Origin: Octopus vulgaris
Lineage: Eukaryota
Assembly: GCA_951406725.2 (NCBI GenBank)
Contig: OX597820.1
Location: 6,944,001-7,008,000, forward strand
DNA: 64,000 bases
Direction: 5' to 3'
Below the pieces are notes generated by a model that saw only the letters and a list, made by a program, of their open reading frames with translations, was not told the DNA's origin and made no database searches. The translations under genes were made by a program, and so were the position numbers. This document shows, one piece after another, positions 13,288 to 26,859 of the stretch (position 1 is the first letter of the stretch; every line of letters starts with the position of its first letter).

Positions 13288-14162
13288 CTTCGAGGGCCAC
13301 CTCCCAGTGGTGTCGGGCGTCAACGAAGAGCCCTCGACTACAACAAGACGACCAAAGTTTTTTTTTTCCCCAAGGTCTGGGGTCTCCCGCCCCCAAGCCC
13401 TAGACCATCACCCTTACCCGTCTTATTGCTTAACAACAGTAGCAGCATCAGTTTTTGTTTTTTGGTTTTTTTTTGCATCTGTGTAAGCCTGTCTGTCGGT
13501 GTGACTTGTGTTTTTCATGTCTGAACAACTGCTATGCGTGTGAATGTATATTTGTTGAACATGTGTGTCACCAGAGTGCAGCACAATATATAACAAGGTA
13601 GTTACACGTATATAATTATATAGAGAACGTGCGTTTGTACTTGTGTGTACACATTTTATACCTGTTAACGTGTTTTGATGTTGGATTTCCGTTATCCCCC
13701 CTTTACGACTGCTGTATATTAATCGTTCGATAATAGTAACTCGATGATTGAATTACCACACTGAAATAATATGTCCGATAAATAGACTACAACACCCTAA
13801 AAATTTTGCTCCAGCATGGTCCCTAAGCCAATAACTGAGGCCAGCAACGGCAAGTAAAATCAAAAATGTCATGTTTACAGTTGAACAGTGAGCGAGGAAA
13901 AGATAGTTCAGAGCCAAATTACTTATCGATCCTAGAGATTGATCTCTTGTATTTACTATTTTCATTTGTGTTTCGTTTTTCTTTTATATATTTATTATTT
14001 TGTTTTCTTTGTATTTATGTTCCTGTTGTTTTTATTTTCTCTGTTAAATTTTTTTATTTTTTAATTGAATTAATTCGGTTCGTAATAATGGAACTTGTAG
14101 GGAAATGATTTATATATGTTTGGTGAAACAAGAGAAGGGAAAGAGATGTTAGCAATAACAGG

Positions 14163-14203
<41 letters not shown>

Positions 14204-14211
14204 CGCGTGTA

Positions 14212-14256
<45 letters not shown>

Positions 14257-14426
14257 AATATTTCTTTTAGTTTACAAAGAGATAGGCAAAATTGAAATGT
14301 TTATATGTATATTAACTCAATTCTATTATATCCCGTACTTAGCATGAAACCAATGGTAGCCTGGTTAAAGGATAGCCACCAATGCGGTGTTGGGCACACA
14401 TTTTCCCTGCTCAATATGAGTGTGTA

Positions 14427-14657
14427 AGGTGGCCAGCTGGCAGAAACGTTAGCACGCCGGGCGAAATGCGTAGCCGTATTTCGTCTGACGTGATGTTATG
14501 AGTTCAAATTCCGCCGAGGTCGACTTTGCCTTTCATCCTTTCGGGGTCGATTAAATAAGTACCAGTTACGTACTGGGTCGATATAATCGACTTAATCCGT
14601 TTGTCTGTCCTTGTTTGTCCTCGATGTTTAGCCACCTGTGGGCAATAGCGAGATAAA
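14427..14657 (+). mobile_element. SINE group A, full length
   Basis: Head to ...gtttagccacctgtgggcaatag tail. Confidence 0.9.
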
Positions 14658-14687
14658 TATGACTGTATATGTGTGTGTGTGTCTGTG

Positions 14688-14965
14688 AGCGCATGACCTG
14701 GTGGTTAGGGTGTGGCACTCACGATCGAGATTTCAGTTCCTTGACTGGGTGATGCTGCATGGTGTTCTTGAGCAAAATACTTCATCTCACGTTGCTCTAC
14801 GATTACTTCGACACGAGACGCGTGGCACACCGTGCACTTGTTGAGGCAACGCCGATTTGATGGAGAGAGTGAGATAATGAGCGGCAAGCACATTCGATCA
14901 CTCTAAACCAAACATTCGTGCAAGTCGTTCAACAAATATTGAACGTTCATACGTCGTCTTCGAGA
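14688..14965 (+). mobile_element. SINE group C variant (different body, RTE-like tail)
   Basis: gtggttagggtgtggcactcacgatcg...gtgttcttgagcaaaatact...catacgtcgtcttcga. Confidence 0.7.
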
Positions 14966-14997
14966 ATATATATATGTATATATATACATATATATAT

Positions 14998-15770
14998 GGG
15001 AGGGCTCACACAAAATTTTCAAGAGCAATATGCAACCGAAAGCACTGAAAAGATATTAACTGGCGCAAGAATATATTCCTTAACAACGGAACCAAAAGTG
15101 GAAAAATGCGGGTGGCCTAACTGTTGCACATGCCTCCACCTTTTGGAGAGTACAGAATTTCACTTTGATCAAGGGGAAATATTTAAGATCCTGTCAAATT
15201 TTACTTGTGTTATAGGCCAACCTCGGATGTCCCTCAAACGAAGAACAACACTTCACAAAGAACAAATCTGCTTCTCACAATAAAGACAGATACAGGTCAT
15301 TGAGAACATAAATAGATGTGCTAGGAACCTGAAACCAAACTTCCTAATTTTCCCTTTTTAACAATGTTCCCAGAACACCTCAGTGCAGGAAATATCAAAT
15401 AAAGAGGCAACTTTCATTAATAAATATCAACCAGTACTTCACATGAAAATACAACTTAATACAGGACAAACTTTCTAATACCAATTATCCCACTAATCCT
15501 CATACATCCCATATATCATTCATATTTCATTGATCATATCTACATTAATTGTATCACTTTCAGAACTAATTATCTCACTTGCATGCAAGCTTTTCACTCA
15601 AGCACTATTAGACCCAACACCGTTTGGAAATCGGTGTTGATTCAAAGTCAGTGATCAGCTATGATGAAACCGGTATGACTTTCTATAATGACTCATAATA
15701 ATGATTTTTATACTTCTTAATTCCACCTCAAATCATTTATATGTATGTATATATCTTCGTGTTTTTTATA
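14998..15770 (+). mobile_element. Penelope-like element 3' fragment: Cys-rich linker, decayed GIY-YIG endonuclease and terminal repeat
   Basis: EPKVEKCGWPNCCTCLHL..FTCVIGQ..SLKRRTTLHKEQI..RQIQV..PNFLIFPF..KEATFINKYQPVL. Confidence 0.8.
15644..15682 (+). ncRNA. Minimal hammerhead with G3-C8 core variant in the PLE 3' repeat
   Basis: aaagtca-GTGATCA-gctatgat-GAAAC-CG-GTA-tgacttt; 7-bp helix I, palindromic ACCGGT. Confidence 0.7.
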
Positions 15771-16696
15771 AAAATAGTCCTTATTTATATACCAAGTGTG
15801 AATTATATTTCTTTTTACTCCCCCCCCATATATATATAGTGTGTGTGTGTGTGGTTGCGGGCATGGCAAAACTAGAATCACCTTCTTTAGCTGTACGCTC
15901 TCAATTTTTCATAACGCTAAAATATGTATATCTGAATTTATTTGCTATTTCCTTCATTAAGTCTTCTGTAATAATTTTTTGTTGTATAATTCTTGCGGTG
16001 AGGAGAACGGTGATATATAATTAGTTTAATTTAATAAAATTAATTTTAATTATTCTACCATGTATTTACATGTTAATATGGCTATTTGAAACGATCGTTT
16101 GCCTGTATCAAAATTCTTTTAAATTTTAACATCTCCATTTTTAACAAATTTGAGTTTCTATGGGATACCTTTCCATAAATTCTCATCACACACCATACAT
16201 ACATATGTGTGTGTGTGTGTGTGTGTGTGTATAAAAAATATGTGTCCTTATGTGTATATAAACACTGGAGTGTTAATCGTTACTTGCCACGAGACAGGTA
16301 ACCTTATACTCCTTTCGTTACCCTGGGTAATATCGATAAATATGGGATTTGTAAAATGATTAAAATTTAACTTTTATCAAATTTTTGGCTACTTATATAA
16401 AATGATGAAATGAATATTAATTTTCAAAATTAAATGAAACAGATGTCTTGATTGTATGATTGTATGACTGCATTAAATACGTTGTCTTTTACTCTCTCTT
16501 TCTCTCCCTCTTCCTTTTCTCCCCTCCTTTCTTTTCGTCTCCTCCTTCTCCTGCCCCTCACACCTCCGCCATCGAACCAAGTATGTGCAATCATGCTACT
16601 CCTCTTGTATCAACTATGTACTTCTCTTTTACACTCCTTTCCTCTTCTGCTTATATTATCAAAACCTGACTGGAAGAATCAACCAAACAACCAACT

Positions 16697-17041
16697 TTTA
16701 TATATATATACATATATATGTATACACACACATATATATATATATACACACACATATATATATATATATATACACACACATATATATATATATATACACA
16801 CACATATATATATATATGTATGCACATATATATATATACACACATATATATATATATGTATGTATACACATATATATGTATACCCATATATATATACATA
16901 TATATATATACACACACACACATATATATGTATATACACACATATATATATATATACACACACACATATATATATATATACATACACACATATATATATA
17001 TATACACACACATATATATATACACACATATATATATATAT

Positions 17042-17075
<34 letters not shown>

Positions 17076-17100
17076 GTATGTACGTACGTATGTATATATG
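16697..17100. repeat. Compound (TA)/(CA) microsatellite
   Basis: Directly visible; source of the 130-220 aa YIYTH ORFs. Confidence 0.95.
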
Positions 17101-17895
17101 TGTGCGTGTGAATAGAGAAAGTCACACACAGATAGAAGATGACAGAAAAATGAAGAGAAATAGATGAACCGCCTGAATGGTGGATCAATACCCATGTAGT
17201 CAAAAAAATTTCGAAGAAAATTGATTACAGACAGAGAGAAATAAATGCAAATTTCCAGAAATCAGATTAAATAAAATAAATTTAATAATTTACAATTTTC
17301 CTCTGTGTTATCATGCAGATAATGATGTAATGAAATTGTGGACATTGTTTGGAAGGACAATATTCGCTATTTTTGTTTCAGATTGTTATCGACTGATTTC
17401 CTTTGCTCTTGTTGCTTGGTTTCCAGTTCCTGTCAAAAACTACTGATACGGTTTCTATCAGGATTATCGAGTAATTAATCACCTAGAAGTTTAATAAATC
17501 TCTTTTTACTATTTCATTATACTTCCTAACGTGTGATATTTTATTCTTGCCTCTGAGGTTTTAATTATTCTATTCTTTAATTCTAACCTTCATGGCTAAG
17601 GCCATGCTGGAGCAAGTTACTTTTTAAAATTGGTCTTAACCCTCAAAGATAAAGCTCCGTTTGACTGTTATGTGTAGTTAACATTCAGTATCTTATAACC
17701 AGGCCAAGCAATTCTTTCTTCCCTTTATTAATGACTTCTCTACATGTATAGTTTCAGTTCGGTTGTATATCAAGGGATTTCGTGTAGAATTCCTTCTATG
17801 AGTAACATCGCAACATTGTGAATCAACGTGACTTGTACTGGCTGATCTTGTTCCCATTTGTTCAGTTCTCAGAGACCTGCTTCCGCTACACAAGC

Positions 17896-17957
<62 letters not shown>

Positions 17958-18361
17958 AATTCTTTAAATGTCACAATTGAAATATACATGGTAAATTTTT
18001 AGTATAACACCCGCACAATTTTCACTCAGCGAAAAAAAAACACTGGTTTTAGCGTGGAATCAAATACCCTGACCTAATATGGTAAATATGTTTTGTTTTA
18101 TTTTATAAAAATCGTACGGGTGTTACACAGAAAATTTACCACATATTATTCGACAAAACTTCCCGTCCTTCTTTATCACAGACATGAGTTTCATTTGATA
18201 ATCTTCAATGGTTACACAGAAGATAGTTCTGGTATTGCATTTTACGTTGCCAAAACTAAGAATGGGATTTTTTGCATTTTCATACACAGATCGTAAAAAG
18301 TATCGAATCTCTATGCAATGGTCAATTAAATCGTAATCATATTTTTTATTATTATTTAATT

Positions 18362-18533
18362 TCATGAAGCTAGAACATGTGATCCAGTGACTAATTTGTT
18401 TGTTGTTTTATCCAAATATTTACAATCTTCACTTGTAGCTTCATCTTGTTCATATTTCTTGTTGCACAAGATCTTTTTACTTTTGGCGGTTATGATTTCT
18501 CTGTAGCCATTAATATGTTTCCTTCTTGTCCAT
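18362..18533 (-). CDS. Candidate coding exon (WTRRKHINGYREIITAKSKKILCNKKYEQDEATSEDCKYLDKTTNKLVTGSHVLAS*)
   Basis: Strong acceptor tttcttttcaccttccgcctataattttcag ending at 18534; 56 open codons to TGA in unique sequence. Confidence 0.35.
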
Positions 18534-19315
18534 CTGAAAATTATAGGCGGAAGGTGAAAAGAAATTATTTCTGTAGAAACAAGATGGTTTATTGTTCAGG
18601 TCATTAACGAATGGCATTTAGAGTTTTGACTAATTTCTTGTGAGTAATGCTTGATGGAAGAGAATCACGTCTAAAGTTGTATTGTCTTCGAAATCTTATT
18701 CGCAACATTTAAGTTGCTTTCCATTCTTCTCTCCATAGCTCCATTCACTCCATTCCTGATGCCATTGTATTCTTTTTCTTTCTTACTCTCTCTTTCTCTA
18801 AATGCCTCCATCCTTCTTTCTTCCTGTGCCTGCCTTTTACTTTCCCGCTCTTTTTCACTTCCTTCCTCGTTCATACCCTGTTTCCTATCCTTCCTGTGGC
18901 CTGATTTAATGCTGTGTATTGTATTCCAAGATGCTTAAAATCCTGACAGAGTCAGATCAAATCTAAATTATTGGTTAATGTATTTTAGTATTTTCTTTTC
19001 TTATCGGGTGGAAATTTTGAAATTTCACCAGGAATATTTGAAATCATTGAAACGGTTTATAAAATTTGTCGATCTGCTGCCTGTCTGGGATACATACTTT
19101 ATGCACAGAAAATTGGATTTCGTCAAGTTTTTAGCTTAGATCCGACAAAGTTGTGTTTTACCTTTCATAATAAATCTGGTTGCTTATGTAAACGTAATTG
19201 CTGTGAAGAATGCAAAAACTCACATTGTTTCTTGGGGTTGAAGTCCTTTATTAGGGGAGAGGGAACAGACAGATGACCCCACGGATTGTTATCCAAAAGT
19301 TATGGTCGTAAGGCA

Positions 19316-19581
19316 ACCGGAAGTGAGCCGGCCGGTAGGGAGAATTTCCGAGAAGAATAGGATGAACGATGATAGTGAGCTGAAAACTTTGCGCATGCGC
19401 AGACACGATTAGTAATTAGCAAATTTATATATTTATTCATTTATCTGATTGCGGTATGGAGAATGGATCCAATAGGCTGAAATAGAAGAGAGGGTTTGCT
19501 GAGATGGTGGAGCACTTCGTCCTTGTAGAAGTCAGCTCAGTTTTTCATGCCATTAAGTTCGATGAAAAATGTACCAATCAG
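19316..19581. promoter_or_regulatory. Promoter-like motif cluster: ETS/GABP, NRF1 palindrome, two CCAAT boxes
   Basis: ACCGGAAGTG 19316-19325, TGCGCATGCGCA 19390-19401, CCAAT 19469 and CCAATCAG 19574, inside a repeat-free island. Confidence 0.55.
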
Positions 19582-21356
19582 ATAGTGATGTTGATTGTAT
19601 CGATTCAACACATCTTCCTTCTCCTCCTTCACCCCCGAAAATGTGTGGCTTTCATATCGATGTGTGAAATCATTGTTGTTATTCAAGCTCTTTATTATCA
19701 CATTTTTTTTGTGATGGTTTTTGTTGTTTTTCCCGATTTGTTGTTGTATATTGTTGTTGTTGTCGTTCGTTATTGTTATCAATGATTGATATAATTTTGG
19801 AAATCAATATTTAAAAATGAAGAGACAAAGTGAAAAAAGAAAAGGAAGTAAATCGAAAGAAAGTTATAATATTCTATGAGGAACTGATGTCTTTCATAAA
19901 CCAATTCAGCTGAAAATTTCTTAATTTATCCAAGAAATCTTAAGCGCCGTTATACCCCGCTTCAACACATTGAATTCTATTCGGAAGGAAGGAGAAAAAT
20001 AAAAGTTTTATGGTTGAAACGAAATGTATAAAATGTATAAAATAGTAAAAACAAAACAATACAAATACAAAACAACCATAAAAAACCGTAGGAAGAAGAT
20101 ATTTCACCTCTCGCTGATGTGAAGACCTTTTTGACCAAACTCACATAAATTATCTTAGTCTATTTTTTAATTACAATTTATTATTTGGTTATTATTCTAA
20201 ATTTAAAATGTTTCATATTCTTCGCTTTCTACTTTATTTAACAATGCTTTTATATGTTCGATGTCTGTTGTATGGTTTTGTGTCTTTTACTGTTCCATTC
20301 CTATAAAGAATACTTGGAAACTATGGTTATTAGATATCAAAGACAATCAGATATAATAACAATTTTTTTCGTAGACAGAAGCTGTCAGTTAAGTTGATTT
20401 AAGCATGTCTTTTGAAAAAAATCAAAACTAGATATCAAAAGCATGAGTCGACAGCACAAGAACCTATAAGTGGCTGTTCGGCTTGCTGGAAATAACAGCT
20501 GAATGTACATCAAATACCACTCCACTGATTAATGAAAATGAACACAGAAAGGACACATTAGATGAGGTAGCTTCGCCAAATACAATCATATAAAATAGTC
20601 ACAGCTAAATTAACTATTTCTTCGATTAGGATGAATGTTTGAGTAAACGACAACAACAAGATCAACAACGGAAACACAGAGAGCTTATGTGCACATCCTG
20701 CTAAAAAGAGCAGCCGAATATCGCTGCAAATTAAGCCTCAATAGAACGAAGAATACATTTTGTGTAGTCTATTTGCTGGTAGAATAAAGGCGGCAATTTC
20801 ATTGATTTTCTGCTCCTAACCATGCGATGTCAGAGTGACCTGGGGCTAAACAAGAACTGCAAGAAACTTGCTATTACAATCATATATCTGTGTCAGGTTA
20901 TCCATTACATTTTATCCGAACTTGCGTTTCTTCAGGTAGTTAACGTATCACAGACATTTGGAAGATTTTCTCCCTATATTTGCTTTTTACTTTAACTTTT
21001 TCTTGTCTCTGTCTTTGGACCAGGGCCAGGCTGAAGCACCGCTTCGAAAAAAAAAATTATTCATACTTTAAAACTGACTTGTAACAGTTTCACACTAAAA
21101 TGAGGAGTTACGCAATATTATTAGGAGAGAACATTTCCCATTAGAGACAATATGGTTGCTGTCAGCAACCCCAAACTCTGAGGTCACTGTCAACATTTAT
21201 CACGAAAACGTTAATACATATGTAATCTACTTAAAAGTATTTAGTAATCTCATATGTTATTACTAAATTGGTTTTATAAGTACCTTGGCATAAGACAAAC
21301 ATTTTCCTTTTTATGGGTGTATATGTATGTGTGTGTATATATATATATATATATAT

Positions 21357-21498
21357 TGTTAAAGAGGACAAGCATTAAGGCAAGGCAAACACCTCAAGTC
21401 GTATACCATATTATTATTGGAAATTTTTTTCCAATAATAATATTGTATACGACTTGAGGTGTTTGCTTTGCTATAATGTTTTCTCGTCCTCTTTAACA
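21357..21498. repeat. Fold-back inverted repeat, ~67-bp arms with a 4-nt loop, flanked by TA
   Basis: tgttaaagaggac..caaacacctcaagtcgtatac..attattattggaaa / tttccaataataat..gtatacgacttgaggtgtttg..gtcctctttaaca. Confidence 0.9.
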
Positions 21499-21734
21499 CT
21501 TATATATCCATTGCATCAGAAATCTGCAACGTTTCCTTAACTGCCGTCTTGGCTATAAAATTGGAGTCCCAGTAATCTGCCACACCACTTACTTAGCGTA
21601 TCTAATCGTTTAGATCACTTGTGAGCTCAATACCAACACTTTGTCTGTGTGTGTACATACATATCCAAATATGAATTAGTAACATTGCTAGTGATGTAAA
21701 CATTATTCACTATAAACGGGCTCAATATATGAGC

Positions 21735-22318
21735 ATTGCTTGTTCGCCGCTATGCTGCGGGTTAGCACGATATGGACACCTTCCTCAAAGTGCCGGGTAT
21801 TAACACACTGAAATTCATAGACAGGTAGGCAACTCGCACCAAATCTCATTCAGGATTGATGGGCAGTGATGTTTCGTGCTTTTTGTGGCTTATTAACACC
21901 ACGTGCCCGAACCGAACTTGAGGCATACTGAATCGCTAGTAAAACACCATGTGTTTTGAGGGGGCGCATCCCCATCGGGCTAAATCGCAGTCTACCAGCG
22001 AACAATCAAAGCACATGCATTAAGTATGTGAGGTGGTTAATACATTATAAACACAAGCGCTGCTTATTTATATTTGAATTTATTCTCGCATTGCATCCTC
22101 GGGGCGTATCACAAAGTTTTTACACTCCAATTCGGCTCAGGAACGTCAGGTTGATAAACCACAAAAATGGCAAAACATCGACACCCATGGCATCTCCCGT
22201 CAGTGGATTTAAGGCGAGTTGGCCAGCCTGTCTATGACCATCAGGTGTTTTAATACCCGGCGTTTTGAAGGAAGCATCTCCACCGCGCTAAATTGCAGGC
22301 TACCGGCGAATGAGCGAG
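21735..22318. mobile_element. Inverted pair of PLE-like terminal repeats (~190-bp arms), each with a decayed U3-A8 hammerhead, plus an internal direct copy at 21950-22010
   Basis: gccgggtattaacacactgaaattcatagacagg vs cctgtctatgaccatcaggtgttttaatacccggc; TTGATAA-acca..tggc-aaaac at 22151. Confidence 0.65.
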
Positions 22319-22519
22319 AAGGGTACATTATAAAAGGTCGAGATGTGCTTTAAAGTCTTTGTCAAAATTACTTTATACAGATTTTAAGTATAAAGGCGAT
22401 TTTTTTAAAACGAAGTCTTTTCTCAGGATGGTACTAACCATTTTTTGAAGAAGCCTTTTTCCTAGTGTGTGAGCGCTTTCCTTTAACCTTCTTAAACACA
22501 CGTGCGCTTAGTCTATATA

Positions 22520-22869
22520 TTGTCCTGTTATTTCTTTCAGTCATTTGATTGTGGCCATGCTGGGTTTTTAGTTGAAAGAAATCGACCCCAGAACTTATTC
22601 TTTGTAAGCATAGTACTCATTCTATCGTTTAGGGAGCCTAAACACACCAGCATCGGTTGTCAGGTAATGATTGGGGTGAGGTGGGGACAAACGCAGACAT
22701 ACACACCACGGACTTCTTTCAGTTTTTGACTACCAAATCCACCCAAAAGCGCCCGGTCGGCCGGAGGCTATAGTAGAAGTAACTTGCCCAAGGTGCCATG
22801 CAGTGTGACTGAAACTGAAACCACGTGGTTGGGAAGCAAGCTTCTTACCACACAGTCACGCCTGCGCCT
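22520..22869 (-). mobile_element. SINE group B
   Basis: Ends cacacagtcacgcctgcgcct; homologous to 31054. Confidence 0.85.
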
Positions 22870-23525
22870 TGCCATGCCTGTATACACATATATATATTCT
22901 CATATGTACATATATATACATGTGCAGGCTATGTGGATCAGAAACATTTTACTCACAATAACCAAATCGTTTTTGCAGTTTGTTCAGCAAGATTTTGCAG
23001 AACTCTCAACTGCCTTTTACGGAAGAAGAAACAGCCATGTACATACAAAGACATACATACATACAGACTTCATACATACAAACCTATATACATACATGCA
23101 TACAGACATACATACATACATACAGACTTCATACATACAAACCTATATACAGACAGACAGACATACATACATACATACATACATACATACGGACTTCATA
23201 CATACAAACCTATATACATACATGCATACAGACATACATGCATATATACATACGCACATACAATCATACATACATACGTCCGTACATACAAACATACATA
23301 TTTCATACGTACATGCACATATCCATACATACTTACGTCCATACATATATACAAACATACATACATCATATATACATTCATGCTTTATACCTGCATCCAT
23401 CCATCCATCTATCCTTCCATCCACCTATCCACACACAACACATATATATGCATACAGGCAACCACATATAACAATTTACTCAGTGTCTCTCTTCTCCGAA
23501 ATTTTAGAAATACAGCTAAGTGCCT

Positions 23526-23567
23526 GTTTATCTGACGAAGTCTAATTACACCGAAACACGTGAAAAG
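23526..23567 (+). ncRNA. Decayed minimal hammerhead
   Basis: CTGACGA-agtctaattacacc-GAAAC-ACGT-g; triplet and helix I damaged. Confidence 0.4.
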
Positions 23568-23979
23568 TTATTCCGCCTAATTACCCGACCAGATTAGTAA
23601 AAACACTATGTTAGTCAAACACTAATATAATACCTCGCTCGAGTTTTGCAGTTAACTTTCAGATATTGCTAGTGTTAAATATATTAACACTAACTCAGTA
23701 TATAGATAGCTCATAAACGGATGCAACGTTATTGAAACGACACATACATGTAGTAATCGATTTGTGTAGTAAAAGCGTATAAATGTGTATCATTATATCC
23801 TTTAGGATGGATTTATCATGGAACGGATCATTATGAAATAGCTTTGCTTGAAATAGTTTTCCAGGAAGGCAATAGATGCAAAAATAGACATAAACGTACA
23901 AACACATAAACATACGTTCATATAACAACACATGAAGATATCTTTCTCTCCATCTTTATATCTATCTAACTATCTATCT

Positions 23980-24320
<341 letters not shown>

Positions 24321-25032
24321 GCATATATGTTTGTATGTATGTTTATATTTAGAGGGAGCAAGTGAGTGAGAGAGATATATAACTAGGTAGAAAACGGTAT
24401 AGGTATATGTATGTATGTGTCTGTGCCTCGGTGTGTGTGTGTGTGTGTGTATCTGTGTAGATATGCATGTAGGTATGCATATAAGTATGTATCTATCTAT
24501 ATATGCATGCATCTCTGTTTATTGATAAAAACAGAAAAATAATACGAAACAGACATTGTCTACCGCTAAATATATATAAAGACATACATCTAAATGCTGC
24601 TCTCCGATTCTTGCGATGTCTCCTGCTGCTAAACCTTCAAGTCATTTCTTCGAAAAAGCTGTTTTATTCATAATAATGCTAATTGTATTCAATATCTAGG
24701 AACCTCCCAGTAGACCCACAGCAATCTACAAGGTTAATTATGTGCGAAATATAAGCCAGAGGTAGTAGGGAGATTTTTTTCCCCGTCCTCGTTTTTTATC
24801 ATTCTTTCGTTATCTGGAGGTTACTTAGTAATAAATAAATATCACAGAACACGTGACTTCGAAATATTTTCTCCCTTCTTTCCATATTCTTTTGCTTCAG
24901 TTTCCTTCGTACACACACACACACAAGCCTGCACAAAAGCGCAAACACAAACTCAGACACGCATATACGTATATATATACACATACCTACAGAAGAAAAA
25001 TCCTCATATATTCATTTTCACATGCATGCATA

Positions 25033-25147
<115 letters not shown>

Positions 25148-25510
25148 TCTTTTTATCCTTTTATTTCAGTCATTTTGACTGCGGTCATGCTGGAGCACCA
25201 CTTTTAGTCAAACAAATCGTCCCCAGGACTTATTCTTTGTAAGCCTAATTCAGTCTGTTTTGCCGAACCGCTAAGTGACGGCGAGTTAACCACAGCAACA
25301 TCGATTGTCAAGCAATGGTGGGGAGACAAACAAAGACACTCACACACAAACACACACACAATGGGCTTCTTTTAGTTCCCGTTTACCAAATCCACTGACG
25401 AGGTTTCGGTTTGGCCCGATGCTATAGAAGAAGCCACTTGCCCAAGGTGCAACGCAGTGGAAATGAACGCAGATCTATGTGGTTTTTACGACGCAGCCAC
25501 GCCTGCGCCT
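25148..25510 (-). mobile_element. SINE group B
   Basis: Homologous to 31054-31487. Confidence 0.85.
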
Positions 25511-25770
25511 TCAAATATCTTCCATCTTTAGATCACTGCAGATCTTTCCCATCTTCTCCCCGAGGTATAGAGTTTCAGCGCTTTCAACCTCTTCCACTAA
25601 CTTAGCGATCTTTTTCCTGAAGCTTCTTTGGATTGCTTTTAGATCTGTTGTTAGATTAATCTGGTTTAGCGCCCATATTTCTGAACAGGGGTTGGTTGAA
25701 GTGCAATCTCAAATAGTTATAAATACTTCAGCAAAAGTACTTTCTCCTTGGGAAATGGCGGAGTGTGACA
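25511..25770 (-). mobile_element. CR1/Crack-like LINE RT C-terminal fragment
   Basis: SEIWALNQINLTTDLKAIQRSFRKKI..WKRLKALKLY..RRWER..WKIFEG. Confidence 0.7.
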
Positions 25771-26811
25771 CTTTGATTTGTAAGATAGGAGTATATATTC
25801 ATTATTAATGATTTGGAAAACCGCAGACCGTGTAGAGGTGTATATGAATAAAAGTATATATATTTGCGTATATGAAACAAATGTACAAATGCCGACAAGT
25901 GCATTGTGTGCAAATAGTATTCACACAGAGTAAAGAATCATAGTATTTAATATGACTTACTCTCCCCTCCAATCTCTCTCTGTATGCACATACACGTGTA
26001 TACATATTCATATATGTACACATACATTCAGGCTTAATACACACACATGTATAAATGTATTCCTATATTTCGCATACATAAGGATCAGTATGTGTTTGTA
26101 TGCGTGAGAAATATTAAGCTAATCATCTGCAAAGAAGAAAGATGAAGATAATTAAGATAGATTCAGTTTTGTTTTGGGAGCTTCTCATCAGTTAATTATA
26201 ATTAATCAGCGATAAATATCATCATTAATTGAGAAAAGCTATCTGAGGGTTCATCGTAAACTTATTACATTTAGTGTATTCTAGGTTAAAATGAGTAATT
26301 AAGGTCTCCAGTGCGGAGAGCAAATTTGTTTTAATAATCAGCAGAATTGGTTATGTTAGTAGTAGATACTTTCTCCATCATACAGATGGGAGATCGATAT
26401 CAGCTCACGACATATTTATGAAGTCTTATCTAACTATATATTCCGCTCACCGTATCATTTTGTGTGAAAATTCGTAGACAATCTTTTATGCGGTGTGTTT
26501 GGGTTTTTAGTGCGTGCATTAAAATCAGTGCGTCTTTATAGACACTTCTTATGGATGCCAGATTGATATCTTCTTTCGTTCTGAATCCAACCGTTAATGT
26601 ACCTATCATACAAAGAAGTGCAGTCGGATAAAACATTTGAACGCGGAGCTATAGTATGACCGTAACCCAATGACTGCTGCCAATAAAACAATGACAAAGA
26701 AATTGTATTATATTTACTCTATTACAAACGGTAATCACAAGCGTCCATGGTTAGTTCAGTTTCCAATGAACCAGTCTGTATGTGTGCATGTGTTTGTGTG
26801 TATGCATGTAT

Positions 26812-26858
<47 letters not shown>

Positions 26859-26859
26859 A

